DNA of 64,000 nucleotides from Gordius albopunctatus. Taxonomy: Eukaryota. The DNA is taken from assembly GCA_964276515.1 (NCBI GenBank), contig OZ193909.1, positions 3,410,001 to 3,474,000 of the forward strand, written 5' to 3'. The position numbers were made by a program, and so were the translations under genes. Shown one piece after another: positions 23,862 through 38,800 of the stretch. The notes under the pieces were generated by a model that saw only the letters and a list, made by a program, of their open reading frames with translations, made no database searches and was not told the origin of the DNA. Every line of letters starts with the position of its first letter. The stretch's first letter is position 1.

Positions 23862-26800
23862 ATGAATTGTGTTTTATCTTCCATATTTTATATCATACTG
23901 TCCTTAAGATATGTGCGTTTACTTGAAGATACTTTCACTTCAATGGAGAATGTACAAAACTTATTGCATTCAAAAGGACAGTTTTTGTCTGGCCTTACCC
24001 AATATATTGACGCTGAAGAAGAAAGGCTTCAGAAAATTAGGGAGTAATATTAATAAGAAATAATTTTGTACATAGTTAAAATTTATGCTTAATTTGTATA
24101 AATGAAAAATCTATCCATAAATTTTATTAACATAATTACCTTATATTTATCATTACACTGAATATAGCTTTATTCGTATTCATGAGAATCTGAAAAATAA
24201 TGAAAGTGATGTTGAAAATTATCTGGGAAACCCTGTTAATGCTTTTCTTTTAATCAAAAGTCTTACTAAAGATTGGAAAGATTTGGAAAATATAATGCAT
24301 CAAAATTATTCAGAAGGTAAATTTACATGTTGTCATAATATTTACACAGAAAAATATGTAAAATTTTAGATTGAATTTCAAAAATTCTATTTTCAATGCC
24401 TATATAATCTTTCAACTTATTTTTTTCATACTGTACACATATCTTTCTTTTGTTATCTCAAAGTCATTATATGCTTATCATGGATAGTAGTAATTTGCAA
24501 ATGACTTAAGCTTTATGATGACAAAGGATGTAAAAGATCCTATTTTATGTATACATTTTATTTCACTTTAGAAATAGTCAATAACCTCGTGTCAAATATA
24601 ATGCTGCCAGACGATGATGATTTGAATGGAGCAGCTGTAGCTCTATTTCGTCTACAGGATATGTACAAAGTAGACACAAACAAAATGGCTAGAGGGGATA
24701 TATCAGGGGTCAAAACTTCACCTAGTCTAACTGGTATTTTTGTTTCTTACTAAATATACTTGTTTTCCCACATTTTACCCTTATATGCCTTTTTACTTAA
24801 CACAAGGATAATAAATTGAGTTGCTTATTTAATTGTTTTATTTAATATATAGTTAACTGATCATTTATACAATTCTGTCATGTTTGTATGAATTTGAGCT
24901 ATATTACCCATAAGGGCCCTTAATTGCTTTTATTGATGGCCATGCTATTGAATCTTGAAATGTATATTAATCTTCTGATCCATTACTGCATAAACATTAT
25001 AATTCCTAAATAGTTTAAAAGCTTGTCAAACATTTATGCAAGGTTTTCATCTTTAAAATGTAAGGGAAAAGTTAGGCCCACATTGAAAGATTCACCCAAA
25101 ATGATAAAATTTGACTTTGTTTAATTTAAATTATGACAATCGAAACCGAGTAGGGTTCGCTATTGTTGCATGTATGACCAGAATTTCTCCCTATCAAAAC
25201 ATTGCATTGGAGGAACGCGCTTCCTACCAATATTAATTTGCCCGGCGTCCTGGGCATACCCAGCATGGGATTTAGAAGGGGGCAATAATAATAATTTTTA
25301 GCAATTTTAGCCATAATTATATTAAATTTTTAGATTTAGAGGGGGTCAGCCACCCCCTGGCTACTCCCATGCTCGGTGTCATCTCAGGGCATTCAACCCC
25401 AAAAATCCCAACTCTTGCTTCGCCCCTGCCCATTTTTTAACTTTTTTAGCACATTTGATCGAGCAGCATGTGGTATTTGCTTGAGAAGCCTAACTCTAGC
25501 TAGCAGCCAGGCTAGCCCTTTGCATATAATATTGCTAATAGATTTTATATACTACGCCAAGAGATAAGGGGGAATGAATCGCTGTTTACTCCCGCTGAGC
25601 AAGCTGCTCCCACTAACGCACTACAGTCTTCAGTATAAGGTGAAGGAAAATCTCTGCAAAGCTCCCCACCCCCCTCCTCCCCTTCCCTCTCCACATTAAC
25701 CGAGAGATTCTCGACCCCGTTTACATTTCATATTGCCACCCCCCCCCCCCCCATCCAACCTTTTAGTAAATAACGGTGTTTTTAGTTGCTGAACTGAATT
25801 TTAATCAAATTGCCCCCTGGCCCCATCTAATGCTAACTTTATTATTATGGGTAAAACAGATTTTTTGTATTGTTCTTAACCACTTCTTGAGAGAAGTTGC
25901 TGTCAAATTTCTCAACATAATTCATATCTTTTGCCCTTTTTAGGCCTTTTCCCAAGCCCTTTGCCCGTTTATGTTGTACTATTTTTAAGGTTCAACTAGA
26001 TTTAGCTCGCCAGTTTGACGATAAATTAAATACAGTTGGGGGCAACTTAAGTAGTTTTAATTATATGATAACGTAAACTATTTTAGGTGAAGCAATTATA
26101 AAATTAAAATTAGCAGCTTATTGTGAAATTAAAAATTTTGCCTAAATGTTTGACAAAATTTTGATTGTCTTTACCTCTTTCCGACATTCTACAATCTATC
26201 AATTTTTTAACTCTCAGCGACCTATAATGAACCGCATAATTTGTTCAACTTGGCGGTCTTCTAGACCACCTTTTAACGGATAAAATTTGTAAGGGCTTGT
26301 CTTAATATCTGATTCAGATTCAATTGGCGCGAATTCATCTTTATCAAATACCCGATTCATTTTCATGTGTCAAACTCGGTTGTAATTTTAATATTTTGTT
26401 TTTTGATAGTTAAACACGTTTTTTTGTTTTGTTTATTTCAACTCTTGAGATTAATCGCTGTTATGTTATGCGTCTGAAATGTAGATCGGCTGTGAATTCA
26501 AAGTTAAGACACGGGGCTATGTTATAACCATAGATTATAACCCGTACAACGATTTTTGGTGCGCAGCAAAATCCGATATTAAGACAAGCCCTAAGGAAAA
26601 TTTTTTAGCACGAGTTGTTAGCATAGCTTTTGTGTTGGGATGGGCACATGGGCGTAGCCAAGGAGGGGCGGATGCCCACCCTCTCAATCCCCTCCCTAAA
26701 TCTTTATTGCCCCCCCCCCGCCTCTAATTCCGATGCCGGCTACGCTTATAAATGGGCATCAACCTATCAATTCTCGTTGCATTGCACTGTGCAAGGGACG

Positions 26801-29800
26801 CCGTTTTATACGTAGATAAAGCCATTTATTTCAACATTTTCATAGCGCCTTTAGTGGTGCACAAGTGTGTAACGCTATAAAAATTAAGCGCCACCTAGTT
26901 TTCGTCAACTTCCTTTTGTAGCATGTGGGTCACACTCACGACTCATGCCGTCTAAAAGTTACATATGTAAATAAATACACATGGGGGAGGGAGACCGGGG
27001 CCTGAATAGCCATTAAAAATTAAACCACTCTTAAAAAAACTAATGAAGATTTTTATAATTTTTTTATTGGAATACATTTTTATAGTCTATTTCTATTATA
27101 GGAAAGAAAATTGAGAAAAAAGGGCGTATAGTTTTTTTATAAATTGAGTTCAAAAAAATCAAAAATCCTAAAAATTTCAAAAGTGCCCGGGGTTAGTTAT
27201 AGCTCTGTTCAAGAAGGGATAGATTAATCCTGACGTTTTAACTTCTTAATAGTGTATGCTAACTTAAATCAATAAAAATATTGTTACATTATATAAAACA
27301 TAGAAAATTTAAATGTAATATGATTGTATTTTATATAATAAAAAAAGGGTCAAGTTGACAATCTGACTTAAGTACACCTAAAAGACATATTCTGCTATGT
27401 AAAAAAAACTTTGAGTCGTTTTTTAAGTATAATCATAGTCTATTTCTATTCCTAATTACACTAAGTTGAATTATAAACAAGATTTTTGTTTTTTTTAATT
27501 TTTTCATTTGTAAGGCCCAATGAAAAATGGCTATAACTAACCCCTCTCCGACTAGCCCAACCCCTATTTTTATGAACAATTAATAATTGGACATGTTATA
27601 TTGCGAATAAAAATTTAATCATTAGGCGGTTTTTATGTAAAAAATATCCCTTTATAAGATAAAACTTAAATTATTCCAAAATATAGAGCCAAAAAAATTT
27701 TATGTGCAAAATACAAAATTTTATCAAGGCTACTAATAGCCCCGAAAAATCGTTTTTCATCCATAAAAATTTTAAATTTTATTTTTTCTAAACAAAAATT
27801 TTTTTACTTATTATTCCTTATGAAAACATACACATATGATTTAAATTTTAATAATATATCATTATTATTTTTAAAAATAATTACAAAGATAATAGTAACC
27901 CCGGGCTACGACTAGCCCCGGTCTCCCCTACCTTTTTGCTCAGAATGTTTAATAAAATTAAAAATGTTAATTATAAACACTTTACAATTTATTAAATTAA
28001 ATTTTTTTATGGTTTAGAACATCGTGTTCATTTTTCAAAGATTTTTTTAAAAAAATGGTAGGAGTTTATATAAACCAAACATTATATTTGAATATTTCCC
28101 TCTATTTAAGGAAATACTCAGCAGATAAAATTAGCCTTTTTATAACATGTGAGTACAAATGTATGTATGGAAAAATGAAACATAGAGATACCGATTCCCA
28201 TTAAAGCTAGTTTATTATTGCATTGAATATCAAGATCGCTGCTGCGTACAAAACGTGCAATTACATAAAAAAAAATTTTAATAATAATAATCAAATACCA
28301 CGGCTTTTATTCGCAAAGTTTTTGACACAACGGTTCGGCCCGGCCCGACCCCCCATATCGGGTTAGACTCGGACCGAAAAAATTTATTTTGCGGGGCTCT
28401 AGTTATAGCACGTCTGATTCCTAGGAATCTCTTAAACTAATATATTTAGCTATATAATAAAATCCTCGCTTTTCCATCTACTAGCCGAACAATGTTTCGA
28501 GATTGGGCGTCAATCGTATTTGAACGAAGACTTTTACCACACCAAGCTGTGGATGGAGGAAGCTATGCGTAAGTACGACGAAGAGGCGGTCAAGAGCGTC
28601 AAGAAGGAAGACATATTGGAGTATCTCGCTTTCTCCCTTTACAAGGTGCCAACGCATTTTTTTAAGGCTTAAATTGCCCGTGACTTACTGAGAAGGGTTT
28701 GGGCATGGGCGTAGCCAAGGAGGGGGGGGGGGCAAGGAGGGGTGGCTGCCCCCCCTCTCTAAATTCAAAAATTTGTTTAAATTTCAAAAAATGATCATTT
28801 TGCCCCTCCCCAATCATTATTGCCCCCCCCTGATTGTTTGGGCTGATTTTTTCCAAGAAATTTAACTTGAATTTATGTCGACGTGTCCTATTTCAATTTT
28901 CGTCTATATCCTGGTTGGTCCCTGACTAGTTTTTCGATCATCATTACACTCGCCAAAACGACTATTTAATATGGAGTGTTAAGAAAAATATAATTTTTTA
29001 GTTTTATCGTTGAGAGTAGCATATATTGAATATAAAATCAATTAGCGATCCTTGACGATTAAATTCACTTATTTTTACGTGAAAAATGTGAGGGCCCACT
29101 TTGACCTTGTAATTAATATACACAACACATGTTAAACATTAGCCGGCATCTTTAATTTTTAAGGTAAATAATTTACAGATGCTTGATAACGAATTAAAGT
29201 AACTTTGTAATATTATTGGAATTTCTAGGCTAAGTTTAGACGTTTTTTATATGTCGTCTTTTAGGGATTCGCAATTAAGTAGCTTTACTTTTTTTAGTTT
29301 AATTGATTTTTCAATTCTTATTAGCAAGGCAACGTGTACCAGGCTTTGAAGAAGACGGAAGAGCTTCTATCCATAGGTGAATAATTAAATTATTTTTTAC
29401 AAATTAGCTCGCGTGCGGTGAAAAAATTGTTTTTTTTTAAATAATTTTTTTAATCGAACGTAAGTGTTTATAAACAATAACGGAGATTTCAATATTTAAA
29501 ATAAGTTATGATAAATTTGGTAATTAATAGCATTTTTCTTATAATCCAACCTGCTTCTTACACCCCCTAAGGTAATGGGAGCTCCTTTTCTTCTCGTACG
29601 TAATATACTTTTTACTAAGATGCAGCAGACCTTGATTCCCCAAACTCACCTACATAGCTCAATCGCGACTTTCTACCTTTTGTGTGAAATTTTTGACCCG
29701 GTTTCTTTGTGTTTACCCCCCCCCCCCATCCACCAGAAAATGCGATCATGTGCAACAACGCCTACTTTAGAATAGCTAGGTGGTTGATATAGTTCGTTCT

Positions 29801-32800
29801 CAGACTTTTACTTTCGTCGCGTACTATAGCACCTGTATATAACGTAATGAATAACACGTTACTTCTAGGCTATGAGTGTATTGGCCTACATCAAGGCAAA
29901 AATGTGACTTTGTCGCGCATTCCTATATTTATTATTAAAAAAGTGTTCATAAGAGGTGGACCCGTTGTCAACTATTTTCAATCTTGCTAGGCCTTTACAT
30001 AAGAGGAGAGTGTCTAGTTTTAAGCTTTAGGTAGGTCTTGCTTTGAGTGCCCTTTCGCCTCGTCGGCTTTCATCGAGTGGTGCGATTCAATTAACCTATA
30101 TTGCATTGTAGATGAAGCGTGTCTAAAATTATTACTACATCCAGAGCGTGTTTTAGATTAATATATATATATATATGTATATATATTGTTTGCATAGCTC
30201 TTAACTATTTTAAAAATTTATTATACAACTCGCCCTCTTTTAGTATTCTACAATAAAAAAGGGCTGAACTTAAAATAACATAAATATTGGTATATAATTA
30301 AATTTTTTTCTCATGTTTAATTTATCAAAGATTGGGAACGAACTTATATCTGAATTTTTAATTTAAACATTATTTTTAACCATGAGTTCCATGCCTACCT
30401 GTCAAACGTTGAAACGTTGCCTCATAGTTCGGCTTAGTCAAATAAAAGGTTTTTAATGGCCAAATAAAAACGGGGTTTCAAATTAATTGGGTGCCTTGAA
30501 TAAACCATCATAGACTAATAGACTGCTCATCTCTTAAATATTCACGCATCAAAAGTGTTGCCAAAAACGACCGCCATTTTAATAAGTTAAGTAGAGCTTG
30601 TATAGCGACGGATTGCACTGGGCAATAATCATGGATCTTATAACACGAAACAACCCATTTTAATCATTATAGCGATTTTAAAAATTTATCAAACCATATA
30701 AATTGGCCAAAATTCATGTTTCAGTCATTAAAATGGCTGCCAAAATGGGGTACACTTTTTAAAAGGGAATGAGCAGTCTATTGCCGTAAAAACGGCTGGG
30801 TTCGTTTTGTTTGGTAGGGCTTTAGTCTTAATCGACTAAGGGCTTGTCTTAATATCGGATTTTGCTGCGCAACAAAAATCGTCGTACGGGTTATAACATA
30901 GCCCCGTGTCTTAACTTCGAATTCACCGCAGATTTGCATCTCAGACGCATAACATAACAATGATTTTGTAAGATGCAAATTTTTTCATAAGCTTAAATGT
31001 TGTAGGTTATTAAATCTTTAGGTATCAACAAAGTTTATATTTAATATCAAGAGTTTAAAATAAACAAAATAATAGTAATTAAAACCGAGTTTGACTCCTG
31101 AAAAGGAATCGGATATTTAGACAAAGATAAATTGGCGCGATTTTAATCTGAATCCGATATTAAGACAAGCCCTAAGCATAAACACACCAACGATTTTTTG
31201 GTCTATTTTTCTTCGTCGACGACCACTAAACCTGGTTGGAATTCTATAAACAGACCAGGCCAAAGGAAACTCAGCCGTTTGTACAACACTAATAGTGGCC
31301 AAAGGTATCATAAATACGCGCAAATTAAATAGAATGGGAGCTTTTGGGGTTATATTTTTTTAAAATTAATTTGCCTTGCCCCCCAAAATGTTTTAGCCCC
31401 GGACCACGTTAGGGGCAAGGGTAATAAAGTGTGGTACGAAAAGGAGATTGCCGAACTGGAAAAGACTGGGAAAAAGGGTGACGAGATGGAAATAACCAAA
31501 CCCGACGACGAATCCTCCTCTCCCGAAATCCTGAATTATCACGCGTTATGTCGCGGAGATTTTCCCAGAGTAATTTAAACCCTCTTTAGTAAACAAATTG
31601 ATGTGGACGTACTTTGAATTTTTTTGTTTTTTAAGGTAGTTCATCTTGCAGGTACTGAGGTGAAAAAGAATAAACCGTCGGTAGATGAAAAAGTTATTCC
31701 TAAATATCTCGGTAGTTTGTGTGTAATGAAAAGAACATTTCCTGCATAGTTAAATAAAATGACGTTATTGAAGGTTTACCTTAAGATGTTATTTCAACGC
31801 TTGTGCTTTATTTGATTAATTTATAATTTACCTTTTTTGCCTTTGAATCCAAAATGATTTTGATGGTCTACACGTTTTATAGCCCAGATAAATAATTTTC
31901 CATATGAAATTTTTTAAAATATTTCGTGCGATGATTAACGCAGACGATATTGTTATGGTTTAATTAGAATGATCTATATATACATAATCTGAAAAACGTG
32001 GACGCATTGATTTCGCGGGAGGCCTTCAATATATTTTATTCTGACCTAATGAAATTATCAAACAACATTTACAAATAGTTAATAAATTTATATAAAACTG
32101 ATCGATATTAATGTTGCTAGAAAACTTAGTCATTTAGTAAAAGTGACCACATATGTATTTAGTTGTAATAGTAAAAATTCTCGATGTTGCGTTAAAAGTT
32201 CTTGACAACTATTAATTCCAACAAATATAAAGTTAGATTCATTAAAAACCGTTATCCTTTATTCTTTAATTTTGAACGGGGTTAACCTAATCGCTTGTGG
32301 TTTGTTGAAACATTCCAACTTTGGAAACCTTTATTTTACCCACTATCTCATTACACAATTATCAAATTTATCAAAATTAATGTTAATTATGAAATTGTGC
32401 TTTACATAATAGGATCCAGCTTTCGAGAAACGCTTACGGTGCAGATACGTTAATCGGTACAAAAAAGCTGCCCTCCGCATCGCTCCGGCCAAAGAAGAAA
32501 CGCTCAATTTTAAGCCCTGGATCGTTCTTTACCACGACGTCCTTTCAGACGGGGAAATTGAAGTGGTCAAGCAACTCGCTTACCCCAGGGTACATCTCCC
32601 CCCCCCTTCATCCATCCCTAGCTTTTTAAAAGGATTGAGGCATTTGAGTTATAGATCGCTTTAAAGCTAGCTTCAGGCTAATTTTTTAAAATTTGCTTTA
32701 ATTATATGAAGGTTTTTTGTTAAAGAGTTTTGTCATTACTCTTAAATGTTTTTTAAGATGGTTTAATCGGTATTATATTTTGACTTCAAGTATTGTTATT

Positions 32801-35800
32801 GTAAGGATTAGTCAGGTTGAGGTGGTTTATAATTGTTTTTAGATTTAAAATGAGTTGTCGAACTTAAACAAGGCGCCTTAGCTGCATGCAAATTAAGTGA
32901 ATATGTTGCTTTAGCCCTTGGCTAACACTATTTTGCATCGTCGCTTTCTTTAATCCTACGTTTAAATAGCTTCGCACTTTTTTTGGCCGCCATACCCGAG
33001 ACTACTGTTGTAAGGGCCAGGGTTTGTTTAGTCGATCTTTGGTTTTAGTCTACTAAACATCAACAAACCAAAGATTTTTTGGTCAAACCTTGGTATATTT
33101 ATGGGACTAAGAAGAACAAACCAAGACCAAAAAATCTTTGGTCTGCTTATGTCTAGTCTTACTAAAACCAAAGGTCGACTAAACAGATCCCAGCCCTTTT
33201 TACAACACTACTCGACACTTAGCCTAGATTTCATATATAATTAAAGTTGTAGCTCACTCATGAATCGCGCTCTTTGAATCAAGCGTCGTAGACATTGTAA
33301 TGTAGCGTTTTCGCTTAAATTGCTTTGCATGACGCTCGCACGCTATTTCTCGCTGCTGCACTGGGTGTAGGGCCAGGGCTTTTATTTCACGAATTTCTCC
33401 TTACATAAATACTTACTTTTGCCTCTTTACCTCTTATTTCTCTTTCGACGCTGCTACCCTTGCATGAACACCTTTCGGTTAAGTTTACCCATTTTTGATC
33501 TAAACACCTTTTTTTATTCTCCTTGCTTCGCAAATTTCGTCGTGTAGTTGAGACGGGCCACAACCTTCAACTCCAAAACGCAGAAGTATGAGCCGGCAGA
33601 TTATAGGATAAGTAAAAGGTATTGAGTGTTAATTTTTTAATTTTATTATTAAAATCAAATTTTTTAGCCTAAATTACGGTTGGGACTTAAAGCAGGCTTT
33701 TATATTTGGTTCTTAGTTACAGTAATGAGCCGTTTTTGTTTGGTTGATAGTTTTTATGTTACTGTTTGATGTACCCTTATATATCCTGACGGTATTGTGA
33801 CCGTTGCAAACCGGCTGCAGTTCTAAGGTTTATTTAGTAAATTTTGCCTTTATGACATGTCAATAAAGTTTTTACCAGTGTCCATTTGGATTGGTCTGGG
33901 ATCCATATCTTGGAAGGATTATCTGCGGGGCTCCTCTCGGTAGGTTGTTTGATAAATTAGACTCCATCCATACCTATTACTCCAACCCGTTATCATGTAT
34001 ATGTAGTGGGTGAAAATTCCTAGGCATGTTTGTGCAACCAGGGGATGAGGTCTCGCACCACCCGTGAAACACGGTTTATGATTTGGATAGCCGAATCTAT
34101 CTCTCCAAAGAATTTGTCATTAATATTAAGTGAGTGGTTGGAAGGATTGCATCAATACCCAGGTAGGATAGATTAGTCGTAGGCACCAGGATAGATATTA
34201 CATGATTCCATGAACTTCTTTGTGTCATCTCTCTAACTACCTCGGGGTCCTTCCAAATATGAGAATATCGTCGAGAAAGGCTATTTTCTAAGCATTATAT
34301 ATGCAGTTTTGGATTGCTTTTTTGCATAAATCTAACATGACTTGTTGAAGGACAAAGAGGAATTCATCAAAAGGACCTTGTAAGAGTGTCTTCCCATCTT
34401 GAAACCGATTAAGTGATTAATGGAAGGATTCAAGGGAATTGGAAAATGGGCACATTTTATAATTTTAGTTTCAAATCTGGTTTCCTTCAGAAGTTTTTGC
34501 TGATGATATTGATATTAGCTATAAATCGAGGGCTGCCATCTGATTTAGGAATAAAGTACTTAGGAGATGGGATTGTACAAGGATTTTATTTGGCAACAGA
34601 CAAAGGTCTGTGAATATGTGGAATCGTAGGAATGAAAGATGGGCTAATATATCGACCATCGTTGTTAATGGTGCCTCGGCGAGAGATTTTGGGAAGCCCC
34701 TTTTTGCGATGTTATATGTGAAAGCCGATTGCGTACGGTGAGGACGTATGAGGGTGGTAGTAACATTGGTGGGGGGTTGTAAAAATGACGCGATTGGGAT
34801 GACGGGAAAGGCGAAATTAAGGATATTGGACAGTTTGTTGTTGAAAGGTTGATACGTACCACATGGAAAGGATATGTTGCGGCACATCTATGGGTAATAA
34901 TAGTGTTGTGAAAACAGTTGGGTTTAGTTTGATAGATTTTTGGTTTTAAGTTTTTTTGGTCAAACCTGTGGTCTGTTCATGTTCAGTTGACTAAAACCAA
35001 AGGTCGACCAAGCAAAACCCAGCCGTTTTAACAACACTAGGTACAGGTGGCAGCACGATAGGTGAGAAGGTGCAACGTCTGGTTCACCTACCTCCAGACC
35101 ATCGTCAGAGGAGATGGTCTCAATGGCGAGTTTTCTTGCGACTTTGGTTAGACCTTGGCGTGCTTCCCCCCAACCCAGGGTTGCTGCCACCGTCCTCGCA
35201 TACTGCCCTTCTTTAGGGTTTAGCCTCAGGCACCTCTTTTTTGCATGGAGGGGGGGGGGCCTTTTTCGGAGTTGAATAGCGAAAATACGTGCGAAAAGAG
35301 TTGATGTGTTGTGTAAGCTCCAAAACCATTTTGGGCAGCCCAGTCTTTGATTTTAGATGTCACTGCCTGCCATCCATAATACTTTACCATGACGATGGTG
35401 CGTTTCCTCTCCTAAAACTAGTCTAGCGTAGTGTCCCGTCATCGATAGTGTCACTTAATGATATTAGAAATTCTGCTTCGTGTCTTTGGTAAATCCCAAT
35501 GTTGGGGTTTTTATCACAGATTTCTTTGAGACCGCGTAACTGCCTTTTTAACAAATCTTAATTGGATCGATCGTAGTATTGTGGTTGTGATTTGTCTCTT
35601 CCAGCGCTAAGAGACGACCGAGATTCAATTCGGTAAAAGTGTGTATTCTTTCTTCTGTATTTGGGCTAGAACCCCAATGTGGAATGTCCTCTGAAGTCTA
35701 CAGATTGGTAGTGGTGCGAAGAACCCGCTTGCAGCCATAGTCTTGGTGGTAGCTCCGCTCTTGCGTCTTTCGGTGCAATCTGTTGCGATGGCGGAGGTCT

Positions 35801-38800
35801 GGTTTTAAGTAGGGCCTTTATACGGTTAATCTTACTTGCCCAAACAGCAGCAGATGATTGGGCCTATAATGCAGAAGTAAGCGCCGAGATATCTACTTTG
35901 CTGAAGTTCACAGGAAACACGACTCGTTCGCAAATTATGTCGGTCCCCTCGCTATGGACCGGACCATAGGTAGGGTTGGGGAGGGGGAGTGGGGTAATGA
36001 CGGAGAGCAACCACCGGTTGTGTTGGTCGTACAGAGACGTCTATGACCTGCTGTTGTCAAAACTGGGAGGCAGGGATTTGGGTAAAGTCATCAAAGTATT
36101 AATTAGGTTTAGGGGCTGTGGTTGTCATTTCCTTAAGTCCACGTGGCATATAAGGGTAAGGGTGTTATTAGGGGAAAGGGGGATTAATTTTTGGATAAAC
36201 GCGGAGCCGGGATTTGTGTTAGTAGTGAAGGAAGCAAAATCAACACTAAAATAAGGGGTGTAAATTAGTGTAAAGATCTTCAATTGATCTACGGTATTGT
36301 GACCATTGCCCACAATAATTTTTATTTTTTATTGGAAAATTTTATGATAATTGGGATATGAAGATATCAAAACAGGAGGCTATAGATTTTTGTCTTTATT
36401 TATAAAAAAACGAATTTCAATTAACGAAAAGATGGGCATTTTTGTACATACGTGAATTTATCGCTAGATTTTGATGAAGGGCTAAATAAAAATATTTGTT
36501 TATAACACTGCCCCCACAGCGCCTCTCTTTGCCTCCTACCCTCAACCTTAATTTAAATGAGAGCTTTTTTTGCTTTTACGTAACCATAATTTTTAGATTT
36601 CACTTAACAAAATCAGTAGGGTTTAGTCCTATTATCCAGTTAAGTATTATTTTGCTTTGCCACGCTTTCAAAAGATGCCATTGGATTAACTTAAAATAAA
36701 CATTTATTTGATTTTTTGTGCAATTTTCGTTTTAAAATTATAAAAATAAAGTCTATAAAGTTCGAAACCTAACATTTAAAATATCGCAAATACACCTTTT
36801 CCATGGGTATAAAACCCGGTTTGACATTGAGGTGATAGACTTAGGCACCTTCCACCATACCCGCTTCCATGGGTGTAGCCAGCATTGGAATTAGAGGGGG
36901 CCATTAATGATTTATGGAGGGGCAAAATAATACACATTTTATAAATTTCAGCCATGATTTGATAAAATTTGTAAGATTTTTTGGATATAGAGCGGGGCAG
37001 CCACCCCCTGGCTAAGCCCATGCTTTGCTATTATTTGTGTTAATAAGTTCCAGTTTTTATGACCTTTTATCCAGTGCATTAATAAATTTTTACGAATGTG
37101 GCTGATTCAATGGAACCTCTATACTTATAGCCAAAACGAATTTGCGGTCCAACTTGAGCGAAGATCCTTTATAAATAGACATAACATTTTACATGAGTTC
37201 CATGAAGCTTTTCCCATCACAAATTAACGGTCGCCTAAAACTTATCCTAAAATCATACGCCCCAAAATCCCGGATTTGATCAAATCTCGAGATGACACTA
37301 CCCTAAATTTTCATTTCGTCTTCATTATTTCTCTCTCAGTTTCAATCTACTTTGATCGAAATCTGTGAAATAAAAGCCTTGTACCTCGATCCTTTTATAA
37401 GTTTAGCAGCCTGCTCACAACATTTAAATAACTCGACTTGATAACGCACATGCATCACCCACCCTGCCATCGCTTTTCTGTGTATACTGTGTGTGTGTCT
37501 CCTAAAGTGATCTCCCTTTTGTATTTCGTGCGCAGTTAAAGCGGGCCAAGATATTGAACGGGGAAACGGGGATGGTGGAGACGGCTGATTATAGAATCAG
37601 CAAAAGGTGTGCCATTCCTTCCTCCTCCTATCATCCTTTATTTTTGTCGTGCCTTTCTGTAAAAATTAGTTTTATGCTTTTTGTACACTTTGCAAATGTC
37701 ACGCGTGCATCACATTATTTTACCTTCATCTTTTTACAAGTGCTTGGTTGCGCGAAGATGACAACTCTGTCATAGTGGACATAAACCATAGGATTTCTCT
37801 GATAACGGGCTTGAACATGAAGACGGCCGAAGATTTACAGGTTATTTTCTCTTTATTAAGAACGACACAGAATTAAATAATATAACATTTCTTAAAATCC
37901 CCCTATCGGTTATTCTAGAGTTGTTAAATTGCTAACTTTCTTCAAATCCAGCTACCATCTGCTCGAGTTTCTGCTCGGTTCTCGAGCATTTTTATATGCT
38001 ACTGCTCTGCCTAGTGCACCGAACAGAGAGCACATATTGTGCTAACGCGCATTTTAAGCAACTCAATGTGCGTGCTCGCGTCTGGAGTTTGAAGAAAGTT
38101 AGCAATTTAACAACTCTAGGTTATTCAATGTTGCCTTAGAATTTCAAGAGCTTGCCTTTAAAAGGGAGACTCAAACTCACCTATTTTTATACAAGTTTAC
38201 AGAGTTAGAATAGCCTATAATACGATTTAAAAATATCTAATTATTGCATTGTGTTGGTATATTATAAAGCTTGACCATGCGCGCGCTTAGCCCATCTTTT
38301 TTACAAATACATTCGTTATATTCACTTTTACCTCTCTGTTAAACACTTTTTAAATAAATTTGCCCTCGAATTTTTAATATGCCATTTAATCTTGGTTTAT
38401 TACAGGTTGCGAATTATGGAATAGGTGGCCATTACGATCCACATTATGACTTTTCCAGGGTAAGATTTTTCACTGGTTTTTTTAAACTTTTATTTTTCAA
38501 TTAATGCATGCTGTTTATATATAAATGTATATTAGTAGAACTTTCTCAATTTTGGCATTGGCAGAGAGTAATTTTACCGGTTCGCCTTTAGGTTTTCGAT
38601 GAGTATGTTTCGATTTGTTAGTTTTCCGAATTGGTTAATGCATGCTTTTCTCAACAAATATGATTTTTATTTGTTTCGCATGCTGACAGAATCAAGTTAT
38701 TTCTACATGTTTTCTATTTGCCCCCGCCACTACAGAGTATCGAAAAGGACGCTTTTAACGAAGCCCAAGGCAATCGTATAGCCACCTTTATGTTTTATGT

